From Candidatus Iainarchaeum sp. (GTDB taxonomy: Archaea > Micrarchaeota > Micrarchaeia > Anstonellales > Bilamarchaeaceae), in assembly GCA_028714535.1 (NCBI GenBank), contig JAQTME010000001.1, positions 69,955 through 133,954 on the forward strand: 64,000 nt of DNA. The letters are read 5' to 3'. Below the pieces are notes generated by a model, which saw only the letters and a program-made list of their open reading frames with translations, was not told the origin of the DNA and ran no database searches. Of this stretch, positions 46,608-55,315 are shown piece by piece (positions within the stretch are counted from its first letter, which is position 1; each line of letters opens with the position of its first letter). A program made the translations under genes and the position numbers.

Positions 46608-47243
46608 ATGACCATGAATCCTCCTGCTGCTAACCTGCAGCAAAGAGTCGTAGTGGAAGTCTGCCACAAGGACAGGCCATTCTGCCCCTTTGCGAAGCGG
46701 AATCCGCTCCCAGACGGCATAAGATACGAGCGCATCCATGTCGGTCCCTTCCACATCCCCGGCATGGGCAGCACAGGCGACGGCGATTTCTTTAGCGCCG
46801 GGAGAATATTCCAATTCCCCCTCGTATCCCTGGGCAGCCATTCAGTGCATGAGCTTTACCTTTCCGAGGTCCCGACCAACCCCTTCCTTGACTCATCCCT
46901 TTTCTCGCTGCTGGTGAGCGAAGCCCATCGCGTCCTCGACCCGTCCGGCACCCTCGTCCTGTTCAATGGCTATTTCAACTCCCCCTCGAAAATAATCATT
47001 GATTTTAGCGCCGGCTGCGCCGGCCTTCCAAAATTCCAGAGGTCTAAAGGCGCGCCTAAGGAGCTCTTGATCTCTGGAATCGCAGAAGCAGGCAATTTTA
47101 TCGACATGGTCGACCGCCTGAACGAACACTTCAGGCCGCTCACCCTTCCTGAGCACACAAAGTTCCTCATGGAAAGGGACCTTGGCCCGGCGACCGAGCT
47201 CCAGCCCGGCGACCAGATATCCGTGTTGGCAGCGAAACACTAA
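46608..47243 (+). CDS. hypothetical protein
   Basis: 211-aa ORF with a protein-like composition; the opposite-strand ORF here is Arg/Gly-rich junk. No family recognised. …RVLDPSGTLVLF… vaguely resembles a methyltransferase motif. Confidence 0.35.
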   Translation: MTMNPPAANLQQRVVVEVCHKDRPFCPFAKRNPLPDGIRYERIHVGPFHIPGMGSTGDGDFFSAGRIFQFPLVSLGSHSVHELYLSEVPTNPFLDSSLFSLLVSEAHRVLDPSGTLVLFNGYFNSPSKIIIDFSAGCAGLPKFQRSKGAPKELLISGIAEAGNFIDMVDRLNEHFRPLTLPEHTKFLMERDLGPATELQPGDQISVLAAKH

Positions 47244-48985
47244 AAAGAGCGGACGAGCGCGCGCCTTATCTCGGCGAACAGCGCCTTCTCGTCCTCGCTG
47301 AGCATGTGCAGCTGCCCGTCCCATTTCTTCAATTCGTCGACAATCATGTAGGTGTAGAGAAGCTCGCCCTCGGCCACGTTCTTGCCTATGGATATCCCGT
47401 CGCAGGATATGGCCAGCTGGTCGCCTGCCGAAGCCTCGGTGACCTTTTCCTTCTCCTTCTGTATCTCCCTTATCTCGCCTACGACCTCGCCGGCCTTGTT
47501 CATCAGCCTGTAGCCGCTCTTTATCCTGCCTGCGAGCACGTCCACGCCGAAGACCGCCGGCTTGGACGCACGGAACACGTACCCGTCCAGCACCTTTATC
47601 TTGCCTGGCCATGTGAGCTTCTCCAGGCTCTCCTTCTTCATCCTCTTCCTGCTTTCCTCCACCCACTCCTTGTAGTTGTCTATGAGCCTGTAGACTATGT
47701 CGCTGGTGATTATCGGGATCTTGCTGTTCCTGCTCTCTTCGGCTGCCTCGTCCAGGATGCTCACATTGAACCCCAGGACAACGCCAAGGAACGGGTCCTG
47801 CTGCGCCACAACGCCGGCAGCTATGACCTCCTTGCGTGTGATGTGACCGACCGACGCCTCGCGTATTGGGATATTCTCGTTGGCCAGAAGCTTCAACAGC
47901 GCCTCGACCGAGCCCAGGCTGTCCGCCTTTAGAACAACCCCCGCCTCGCCCTTCTTCTCGAATATGATGTTCTTGAACTGCACCTCTATGGCCGCGCTGT
48001 CGCGCTCGAAGTCTTCGACCACCTCGAGCGGCGAGCCGGGTATCGCCCCTTCCAGGCCCGGGGCATAGATTTTCACGCCTGCGGCGGCGACCACCGAATC
48101 CACGTTCAGGTACTTCTCCCCGCCGCCGAGGTTCGGCAGCAGCAGCCCCCTGACCTTGGTCTTCTTCACCCCGTTGATGGTCATGTAGGCGATATCGTCG
48201 TTCTTCCTGAGTATGCCGTCGTAGAGTATGACATCGACCGTGGTCCCGAGGCCCTTCTCCTCCTTGACCTCCATGACGCTTCCCTTGCCCCTGCCGTTCT
48301 CGTCGATTTCAAGGCTTTCGCCGAGAAATCGCTGGCTGAGGCCAGCTATGAGCACCAGGAGCTCGCTCAGCCCCTCCCTGGTCTTGGCGCTCACCGGTAT
48401 TATGGCTATCTGCTTCGTGAAGTCAGTGACCTTGTCGTACCTCTCGCTGTCGAATCCGTGCTCTGATATCTTGCCCATCAGCCCGTAGAGCTTATCATCG
48501 AACGCACTCCTGACGTACTCAGGCTGCTGGCTGTAGGACTCCATGAAGGACAAGGTCCCATGGCTCTTCCACCCATTGAGGGCGTCTATCTTGTTGGCGG
48601 CCACTACGAAAGGCGTCTTGTACTGCTTGAGTATCTTTATGCTCTCAATGGTCTGTGGCTGGAACCCCTGGTTGATGTCCACTAGCAGGATGACCAGGTC
48701 CGCTATGCTGCCCCCCCGGTCCCTGAGGTTGCCGAAGGCCTCATGGCCGGGCGTGTCGATGAACAGAAGCCCGGGTATCCTCAGGGTCAGCTTCATCTTC
48801 GCGGCCAGGTCCTTTGAGATGGCATCGATGTCCGCCCTGGAGACGTAGCTGGCGCCTATCATCTGGGTTATGCCGCCAGCCTCCTTCTTGGCCACGGCCG
48901 TGCCCCTGATGCTGTCAAGCAGCGAGGTCTTGCCGTGGTCCACATGGGCCAGCAGGCAGATTATCGGCGAACGCGTGAATTTCAT
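47240..48985 (-). CDS. infB: translation initiation factor aIF5B (IF2 homolog)
   Basis: G-domain motifs AHVDHGKTSLLD, DTPGH and NKID with C-terminal beta-barrel domains. Start taken at MKFTRSPI (48985). No intein. Confidence 0.85.
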   Translation of the reverse strand: MKFTRSPIICLLAHVDHGKTSLLDSIRGTAVAKKEAGGITQMIGASYVSRADIDAISKDLAAKMKLTLRIPGLLFIDTPGHEAFGNLRDRGGSIADLVILLVDINQGFQPQTIESIKILKQYKTPFVVAANKIDALNGWKSHGTLSFMESYSQQPEYVRSAFDDKLYGLMGKISEHGFDSERYDKVTDFTKQIAIIPVSAKTREGLSELLVLIAGLSQRFLGESLEIDENGRGKGSVMEVKEEKGLGTTVDVILYDGILRKNDDIAYMTINGVKKTKVRGLLLPNLGGGEKYLNVDSVVAAAGVKIYAPGLEGAIPGSPLEVVEDFERDSAAIEVQFKNIIFEKKGEAGVVLKADSLGSVEALLKLLANENIPIREASVGHITRKEVIAAGVVAQQDPFLGVVLGFNVSILDEAAEESRNSKIPIITSDIVYRLIDNYKEWVEESRKRMKKESLEKLTWPGKIKVLDGYVFRASKPAVFGVDVLAGRIKSGYRLMNKAGEVVGEIREIQKEKEKVTEASAGDQLAISCDGISIGKNVAEGELLYTYMIVDELKKWDGQLHMLSEDEKALFAEIRRALVRSF

Positions 48986-49142
48986 AGGGATGCCTTCCAA
49001 TGGCTGCAAACAAGGCTTCTATTTCATCTACAGTATTCTAATCCTTTCCCCTGGCGCCGACAGGCATGAATTTCCACCCTCAAACACATGTATTTATAAA
49101 CACTTTCAGCCATAAATATCCATATCACAGGCAGGCGATTTA

Positions 49143-52100
49143 ATGGTTGCAACCCAAATCATCGAGAAGAGGCCGGCTATGCCAAAAAAGGAGGCAAAGG
49201 CGGTCTTGAGGAACATCGAGATTCTGCTCTCCAAGGCGATGGCAGGCAGCAACGGCACTGCCCACAGCGCCCTAGGCGATGCAATCACGGCATTCTCAGG
49301 CCTTGACCCTGCATTGCAGCTCAAACAGCTCGACGCCGTGGCCAAAGCGCTGAAAAGGTCCTCCAAGGGCGTTTTCACATGCAAGCAGCCGAGGCGCGCG
49401 CCTGACGCTTCTATCCTGGAATCCAAGGCCCACGTCGTGGACGTTCTTTCTGCTTTCCTTGCAACCGCTGCCCTGCACGTCCCCCGCAACCAAGAAGACG
49501 GCTCCATCATATTCCCTATCAATAAGAGGGGCCAGACTGTGGTCCCACGGCCCTATGAGAAGATTTACACCGCCCTTGCAGAGGTCGGCGACTCAGCCCC
49601 TGTAGCGAACCCGGCGCATGCCAACGCGCGCATCAAAGCCAGCGCGGCCCTCTGGGAACTCGAATATGGGCACATCCCGTTCTGGATCGCGAGGGTGGAG
49701 GACCCTGTCACCCGCAGCCAGGCAATAGACTATCTAGTCAACATGCCAGGAACCGATGGCTGGAACATCCTGGAAAGCCTGCTGGACCGGTATGGCACAG
49801 ACATCGCCAGGTCCCCATCGCCGGCGGCAGCTGAATTCCTGCTCAGGTCAGTGCAGCGCACGGACCCTGCAGTCGCCTGCGCAGCGCTCCGCGCATCCGC
49901 ATACCTCACACGCATCCACCCGGAGATCCTCGATATCGCACAGCGCATGCAGCTCCCTCCCCCGGCGCCGTCCGGTCTTGTTCCACCTGATGCATTGGAT
50001 AATGGTGCGATGAAGACATTCCTTCCCCCGCCAGTTCCAGAAGGCCCGAAGCCCATAGCCTGCGACCCTCAAATCAAGCAGGCCGCGGCAGAGCTGCTGT
50101 TCGTCAACGACGCACGCAAGTTTTCCGCAGATGGCGACTGGTTCGCAGGCGCGTTCGCCCTCGTCATGTTTTACAAGGCAGGAGGCAGGGAATGGCTGAG
50201 GCCGATGCTTGAGGGCATGTGCGCGCAGGCAGAGCAGGCTGCAACCGAAACCATCGCCACCCCGGCCAGCACGCAGCACCAGGACGCACTCCGCATCCTC
50301 GGCGTCCTCGGCATCGCAGGCATAACCGTGCAGGGCGATCTCCAAAATGCTTCAACCACGTACACTTCCAAATCCCCGGAGCCCGTGCCAAAGGAGGCTA
50401 TCGAGGCCGCGGCAGGCATGAGCGCAGCAGACTGCGTGCTCTCCACCGCGATATACCTCGACCGCGTTCCGAGGCAGGTGATTGATTTCGCCGCAGTCCA
50501 GGCAGCTTCTACCCGCGACCAGGCCACCATGAACACGGCCATGGACGTCCTTTTCATAGCCGAGGCAAAGGAAATGCTCGCACAGGGATATGACAGGCAA
50601 TTCGCAGGCACGCTCGCGCTCGCGCTCCTTTACAAGAGCGACAGATATGCACAGAACGGCAGGTATGACATAAAAGCCATGGTTGAAGGCATGGCGGTGT
50701 CCACCGCCGATGCCGGAGCCAAGGTCCAGGCGAGGCTGGAGCGGCTCCAACTACTCCGCGCCGGCAGCGCAGCCCTCGATGCCATGGCCAAAGATGCGAA
50801 AACCAAAGAAGGCTTCCCAATCGACACCGGAGCCGTGGCAGCCAAACAATCTGAGCTCCGCGAGGAAATAGCAAAACTCGCGAAGACCGAAGCCAGCGAC
50901 ATGGCGCAGCTGAGCATGGCGAACAGCGCCCTGCTGGCCCTGCACCAGCTGGGCATAGATGCGCCTGGCCTTGCCTACCCGGTAAATCCTGCGCCGCTTC
51001 CCCAGGACGTTATCAACGGCGCGGTCATCAGGCGGGTGCCGGCCTGTGTTCTTTCAGCAGGCATTTACCTCGATCCTCTTCCAGCAGAGATGACCGCCTA
51101 CGCAGAATCGCTCTATGGCGACGCCGCTGCAGACGCAAAAACCGCAGCCTGGGAATTTCTGCTCATAAAGGACGCTGCAGGCAGCACCGATTATGCTGAT
51201 GGCAGGCAGTTCAAGGCAACCCACGAACTCCTGGACCTCTACAAGGCAGGCCGCAAGGACCTCGGTCCGCTCCTCGTCGACCAGGGCATCGAGATGGCAG
51301 ACGTCATCATGAGGCCAAGCACCCTGGAACAGCGCACCAAGGCCTGGAATCTGCTTGAGGCCATTGACCGCGCAGGTGTGGACCTCGCAAGTCACAGGCT
51401 GCGCGCGGCAGCGTATCTCAACCCCATCCCGGCGGCCATGCTTTCATTCGCAGAAGCCCTGCTCGCGCAAAAATCCGTGCCTGCAGGCCTTCAAGGCGCC
51501 GCCCGCGACCTCATCGCCATAAACGATGCGAAGAATGCCATCGCCCAGGGCAGCATGTTCACAGGCGGCCATGCACTCGCTGACCTTGCCAACAGCGGCA
51601 GCGTGCACCTCAGGGACATGGTGGAGGACACAGGCGCCCAGGCAGTGCTCACCATTGCCGGCGCCTCCGATTCACAGGCCCGCCAGAAAGCCATGCGTCT
51701 GCTTGCCTCGCTCGCGAACGTAGACGTGCCAGGCGACGCCCTTTTCAGGGTGGCTCTTGCACAAGAAATAAACCCTGATGTCCTGACAGTTGCAGAAGCC
51801 ATCGCCTCAGGCAATTACCCCCAAAGCGTCAAAATGGCCGCAGAGGATCTTCTCACAATTAATTACGCGAGGTACCAGCTTGCCATCGCAGAACAGCAGT
51901 TCGATGGCGCCCAGGCGCTCATAGACCTGTATTGTGCAGGAAGGCATGAACTCGGGCAGATGCTTGATGAGCAGGTCGCCCCGCAGATGCTCCGCGTGTT
52001 CGCGAACGCAAGCGCCCAGGGCCTGCAGGACGCAGCAATGGGTACGCTCGCCTCGCTTTACGCTTCAAGGCCTGATGCGGTCCGCATGCCTCTGGCCCAG

Positions 52101-53105
52101 ACAGCCGAAACCATGCTCAGGGAACTCAAAAGGCCGGGCCGTGGAACCTCGCGCATGCGTGAAGCCCACGGGCTGGCGCTGCTGGCAGGCATAGACGACA
52201 AGGCCGTCCAGCAGGTGGTGATGCGCGCGGCAACAGACCTGGCAATAGTTTTCACCCACCCGAAGGGCAAGACCCTCCAGGAGAAAATTGCCCGCCAGAC
52301 CGAGGCCGTTGAAGTCATGCAGGGCGCGTATCCACTCATGAAGGCAGATATCGCCAAAAAGCTCGGCGACAACGTCGATGCCATGGTCGGCATTGTGAAG
52401 TCATCCTGGTCCGGAACCCATACGCAGGAGCTCGCAGCCAACTGGCTCGCTGGCCTGCCGGCCATCGCAAATGGGAATCTGGCCGAAGGGGACGAGCTGC
52501 ACGGCATGATCGCCACAGTAGGCGCGGAGATGGTGGGCATACTCGCAGAGCCTGAGGGCCACGATGCAGGGCAGATGGGCAAACAGCAGGCAAGTGCCCT
52601 TCGCGTCCTTGGAAGGGCCTATCCACACGCCCGGAAGGAGCTCCAACCGATAATCCGTGCATCCCATGAAACATTGATGAAAAAACTCGCAGAGGCTGAA
52701 GGCATGACGCCACGCTGGCAGGCGGCGGTCACCGCTGTCACCAGCATGTTTATCGCCACCAGCGACATGCACATACATTCAGGGTTCGAAACGCTGTGGA
52801 AGAGCGAGTTCAGTAGCCTGAGGGATGCGCTTGCGCAGAAGGATGCCGCGCGCGTCGAGACGATATCCAGCAGGATAACATTCATGCACAACACGTTCAC
52901 AGGCGCATGCGTGCAAGACGAGCAGAGGATACGCGTGCTCGGGGTAATCAAGAGCCTGCCGGTGGAAGATAAGCCGCCAAAGCCGGCGCCAGTGGCACCT
53001 GAGCCTGCTGCGCCCGTGGTAACCAGGACAGGCCTCGCCGGGCTCTGCAAAAAGTATGGCAACTGGGTGGAGAAGCGCCTGGGGCTCGAGCAGTGTGCAA
53101 GGTGA
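49143..53105 (+). CDS. giant Ala-rich cytoplasmic tandem-repeat protein, no recognisable domain
   Basis: 1320 aa, no signal peptide or TM helix. At least five degenerate 115-200-aa repeats, each with an A-x-YL-x-P-[IVL]-P…[ML]-x-[FVI]-A-[EQ] segment and an [LF]L-x-[IV]-N-[DY]-A-[KR]…F-x-G…AL-x-[DL]-LY-K/C-AG-R segment. Repeat starts near 49900, 50450, 51060, 51410 and 51750. Confidence 0.6.
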   Translation: MVATQIIEKRPAMPKKEAKAVLRNIEILLSKAMAGSNGTAHSALGDAITAFSGLDPALQLKQLDAVAKALKRSSKGVFTCKQPRRAPDASILESKAHVVDVLSAFLATAALHVPRNQEDGSIIFPINKRGQTVVPRPYEKIYTALAEVGDSAPVANPAHANARIKASAALWELEYGHIPFWIARVEDPVTRSQAIDYLVNMPGTDGWNILESLLDRYGTDIARSPSPAAAEFLLRSVQRTDPAVACAALRASAYLTRIHPEILDIAQRMQLPPPAPSGLVPPDALDNGAMKTFLPPPVPEGPKPIACDPQIKQAAAELLFVNDARKFSADGDWFAGAFALVMFYKAGGREWLRPMLEGMCAQAEQAATETIATPASTQHQDALRILGVLGIAGITVQGDLQNASTTYTSKSPEPVPKEAIEAAAGMSAADCVLSTAIYLDRVPRQVIDFAAVQAASTRDQATMNTAMDVLFIAEAKEMLAQGYDRQFAGTLALALLYKSDRYAQNGRYDIKAMVEGMAVSTADAGAKVQARLERLQLLRAGSAALDAMAKDAKTKEGFPIDTGAVAAKQSELREEIAKLAKTEASDMAQLSMANSALLALHQLGIDAPGLAYPVNPAPLPQDVINGAVIRRVPACVLSAGIYLDPLPAEMTAYAESLYGDAAADAKTAAWEFLLIKDAAGSTDYADGRQFKATHELLDLYKAGRKDLGPLLVDQGIEMADVIMRPSTLEQRTKAWNLLEAIDRAGVDLASHRLRAAAYLNPIPAAMLSFAEALLAQKSVPAGLQGAARDLIAINDAKNAIAQGSMFTGGHALADLANSGSVHLRDMVEDTGAQAVLTIAGASDSQARQKAMRLLASLANVDVPGDALFRVALAQEINPDVLTVAEAIASGNYPQSVKMAAEDLLTINYARYQLAIAEQQFDGAQALIDLYCAGRHELGQMLDEQVAPQMLRVFANASAQGLQDAAMGTLASLYASRPDAVRMPLAQTAETMLRELKRPGRGTSRMREAHGLALLAGIDDKAVQQVVMRAATDLAIVFTHPKGKTLQEKIARQTEAVEVMQGAYPLMKADIAKKLGDNVDAMVGIVKSSWSGTHTQELAANWLAGLPAIANGNLAEGDELHGMIATVGAEMVGILAEPEGHDAGQMGKQQASALRVLGRAYPHARKELQPIIRASHETLMKKLAEAEGMTPRWQAAVTAVTSMFIATSDMHIHSGFETLWKSEFSSLRDALAQKDAARVETISSRITFMHNTFTGACVQDEQRIRVLGVIKSLPVEDKPPKPAPVAPEPAAPVVTRTGLAGLCKKYGNWVEKRLGLEQCAR

Positions 53106-53110
53106 ATGGC

Positions 53111-53356
53111 ATGGACGAAATCTCAGTCATCCTGGAAATGCTTTCAAGCAAGAGCGTGCTCACACGCAAGGAAGCGATAAAGCAGCTGGCAGCGCACCTG
53201 CACCTGAAGGACGCCTACATGGCCAGGCTGTCCCTGCATTACATATCAGAGCACGACCCTGCCTGGACAGTACGCAACATCGCCCGCCAGGCGTTCTACC
53301 GCATAGGCGCGCCGCCGTCAAAGGACGCCACTTGGGACAAGGCGTATGTGTTCTGA
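53111..53356 (+). CDS. small HEAT-like (PBS-lyase-type) repeat protein
   Basis: 81 aa. …RKEAIKQLAAHL…EHDPAWTVRNIARQAFYRIG fits the PBS-lyase HEAT-like pattern. Starts 5 nt after the giant gene's stop, with GGTGA upstream. Confidence 0.4.
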   Translation: MDEISVILEMLSSKSVLTRKEAIKQLAAHLHLKDAYMARLSLHYISEHDPAWTVRNIARQAFYRIGAPPSKDATWDKAYVF

Positions 53357-53365
53357 GTTATCCGG

Positions 53366-53388
53366 GTGTGGGGAAACCCACTTTTTTA
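53366..53388 (+). terminator. stem-loop + T6 tract, putative transcription terminator
   Basis: GTGGG-GAAA-CCCAC hairpin immediately followed by TTTTTT, 10 nt after the HEAT gene stop. Confidence 0.3.
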
Positions 53389-53489
53389 AACCCTTCGAAA
53401 CATCAATATTCCAGGAAGCTTAGAATTATTGTTCCCGGACAGTGGTCCGGCCGATTCTCAGAGCGACCGCAAGAGCAAGGTGGAAAATA

Positions 53490-53984
53490 ATGCAAAAATC
53501 CCTAACAACCAGACCCATCGCCCTGTCTGCTGCCAATCCTAAGCCAGTTGAAAGGCTGCAGTTGCATGCAAAGACCATCGCAGACAGGAAGGTGGTCCTT
53601 GTCGTTCCAAACGTAGAATCAGACGAAAGCGTCGAGCAGTTCGCCGATCTCACCCGTCGCTGTCTGCCCACTGCCAACCTTTCGCCCATCTCTTGGCCGA
53701 CCTTCCTAAAGAATCTCCCAACCCTCGATGCGGACATCATATTCATAACCAGCATGAGGGGCGCCCCCGACGACTTTGGTGCGCTGAGAGAAGGCTTGAA
53801 AGCATTCAGGGGCAGGAACCACAAGGCGGTCGTCGCCATGGCAAACGCCCACATGGAGAGCATCACAGTGCGCTCACTCCAATCAGCTAATCTCATTGAC
53901 CATGTGGAGCACCAGGCTATTTTCTCCCTGTCATTCCTGGCCGAAGGCGTTGAATTGTTCACAAGGAGGCAGGAACTTCGGTAG
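53490..53984 (+). CDS. CheY-like receiver-fold protein lacking the phospho-acceptor Asp (pseudo-receiver)
   Basis: Paralog of the next gene (KAVVAMANAH vs KAVVIAGKPA; DADIIFIT vs KDLIILD). Thr occupies the aligned phospho-Asp position and the conserved Lys is absent. ATG at 53490 has GGTGG upstream. Confidence 0.4.
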   Translation: MQKSLTTRPIALSAANPKPVERLQLHAKTIADRKVVLVVPNVESDESVEQFADLTRRCLPTANLSPISWPTFLKNLPTLDADIIFITSMRGAPDDFGALREGLKAFRGRNHKAVVAMANAHMESITVRSLQSANLIDHVEHQAIFSLSFLAEGVELFTRRQELR

Positions 53985-53993
53985 GCTGATGAT

Positions 53994-54704
53994 ATGCACA
54001 TCCCTCAAAATCCTGAAAAACCAGTTGCAGTTGCGGCTGCAGCCCCCGGCAAGCCACGCCTGGCTGCCGCGCCGCTTATCAGCCGCAGCGCCAGGAAAAT
54101 AACTGACGTCCTCCAACACAAGCGCGTATGCCAAGTGCTGAACGACAAAAGCTTCGAAATGTCTTTCCGCAGCCACGTCGCCATAGACTATGATCACCGG
54201 TCCAAATTCGAGATAAAGCCAGGCGAACCGATAGACCCGCTTCTATTGGACTCCTGCATGACCATCACAAACATGTCCGTGTTCCTGCGCATGCTTCCTG
54301 CCCGGCAGGAGCATGAAGCGGGCCAAACGGCCCCCAAGGCGCCGTTCCTGTCAAAGGACCTCATAATCCTGGATTCGCCTGTGCTTCTGGAGACGGATGC
54401 ATTCGATACGCTTGAGGCCGGCCTCGCGGTTTTCCGCAGCACGCACCCCAAAGCTGTAGTCATTGCCGGAAAGCCGGCAGATGAGGCGGCCATGCTCCAG
54501 ATGAAAGTGCTCAAGGAGAAGGGCCTCGTGGACATTGTGGTCACCAAACCCCGCACGTCCTCCAAGCTCATGCTCTGCGGAGCGAATATCCTCGAGCAGA
54601 AACTCCAGAAATTGGGCGCGGCATTAGAGGCTGGAAAGGTGGCACTGCACTGCGACCCAGCCGACGTCCACGAAACCGTGCTCATAGAGTCCATTCAGAA
54701 ATAG
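53994..54704 (+). CDS. divergent CheY-like receiver (REC) domain protein with an N-terminal extension
   Basis: Residues about 80-186 follow the REC pattern: …LLLD… (beta1 acid), …DLIILD… (phospho-Asp candidate), …AVVIAGKPADEAAM… (beta4) and …DIVVTKP (conserved Lys). Confidence 0.45.
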   Translation: MHIPQNPEKPVAVAAAAPGKPRLAAAPLISRSARKITDVLQHKRVCQVLNDKSFEMSFRSHVAIDYDHRSKFEIKPGEPIDPLLLDSCMTITNMSVFLRMLPARQEHEAGQTAPKAPFLSKDLIILDSPVLLETDAFDTLEAGLAVFRSTHPKAVVIAGKPADEAAMLQMKVLKEKGLVDIVVTKPRTSSKLMLCGANILEQKLQKLGAALEAGKVALHCDPADVHETVLIESIQK

Positions 54705-55149
54705 GGTCAAACATCAGTAGCCAATTGTAAACCCGACGAAATTCGTTGATAAATGGCACACTCATTACATTCTCCGCCACAAACTCAATAGGGACAAACC
54801 ATAACTTCTTAGATGCTAATGATCTCCTCATTAGTTCTATTTCGTGGGAGTCCGACTGTTCGAGCATTTTTTTTGGTTCGTTTTTCTTAAAAAATTCCCT
54901 ACATACCTCTCTGTGCAAAAGATTGCGATTATAATTAATCGCTAGGTATTCCAGCGAATTCCTCAAGCATTGTTGTTCCTGTTTTTTGGCCTTTCCTTCA
55001 GAGGTTTGTATTTTGTAGAATTGTTCTAGTGAAACGAACGACATCTTTTGTAAAAGTTCCAGCTTACGGAGATTAGTATTACGATGCACTGTAATTACTG
55101 CAATGACTGCAGCCAGGACACCAACGCACAATGCCTCATAGTCTGCCAT
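54682..55149 (-). CDS. hypothetical protein encoded in an AT-rich island next to tRNA-Val
   Basis: 155 aa with an N-terminal TM helix and a Lys/Glu-rich remainder. Lies in a ~38% GC segment that contrasts with the ~60% flanks. Confidence 0.35.
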   Translation of the reverse strand: MADYEALCVGVLAAVIAVITVHRNTNLRKLELLQKMSFVSLEQFYKIQTSEGKAKKQEQQCLRNSLEYLAINYNRNLLHREVCREFFKKNEPKKMLEQSDSHEIELMRRSLASKKLWFVPIEFVAENVMSVPFINEFRRVYNWLLMFDPISEWTL

Positions 55150-55183
55150 CCTAACCCACCTCCGAAAACCTAAAACAAAAAAT

Positions 55184-55256
55184 TGGGCCCACGCGGGATC
55201 GAACCGCGAATCTCTACCATGTCAAGGTAGCGTCTTAACCATTCGACTATGGGCCC
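55184..55256 (-). tRNA. tRNA-Val (anticodon GAC)
   Basis: Manual fold of the minus strand: acceptor GGGCCCA/TGGGCCC, anticodon stem CTACC/GGTAG with loop TTGACAT, T-arm CGCGG-TTCGATC-CCGCG and discriminator A. CCA is not encoded. Confidence 0.8.
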
Positions 55257-55315
55257 GGCCAACGCCTACAAATAGCAAACCTTTTTCTGCCACGATGTAA
55301 TTTTATACCTTATCC

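Noticed and set aside
46893-47666. 257-aa minus-strand ORF overlapping the hypothetical + gene and the infB 3' end
   Set aside because: Extreme Arg/Gly/Glu composition, the antisense artefact of GC-rich coding DNA.
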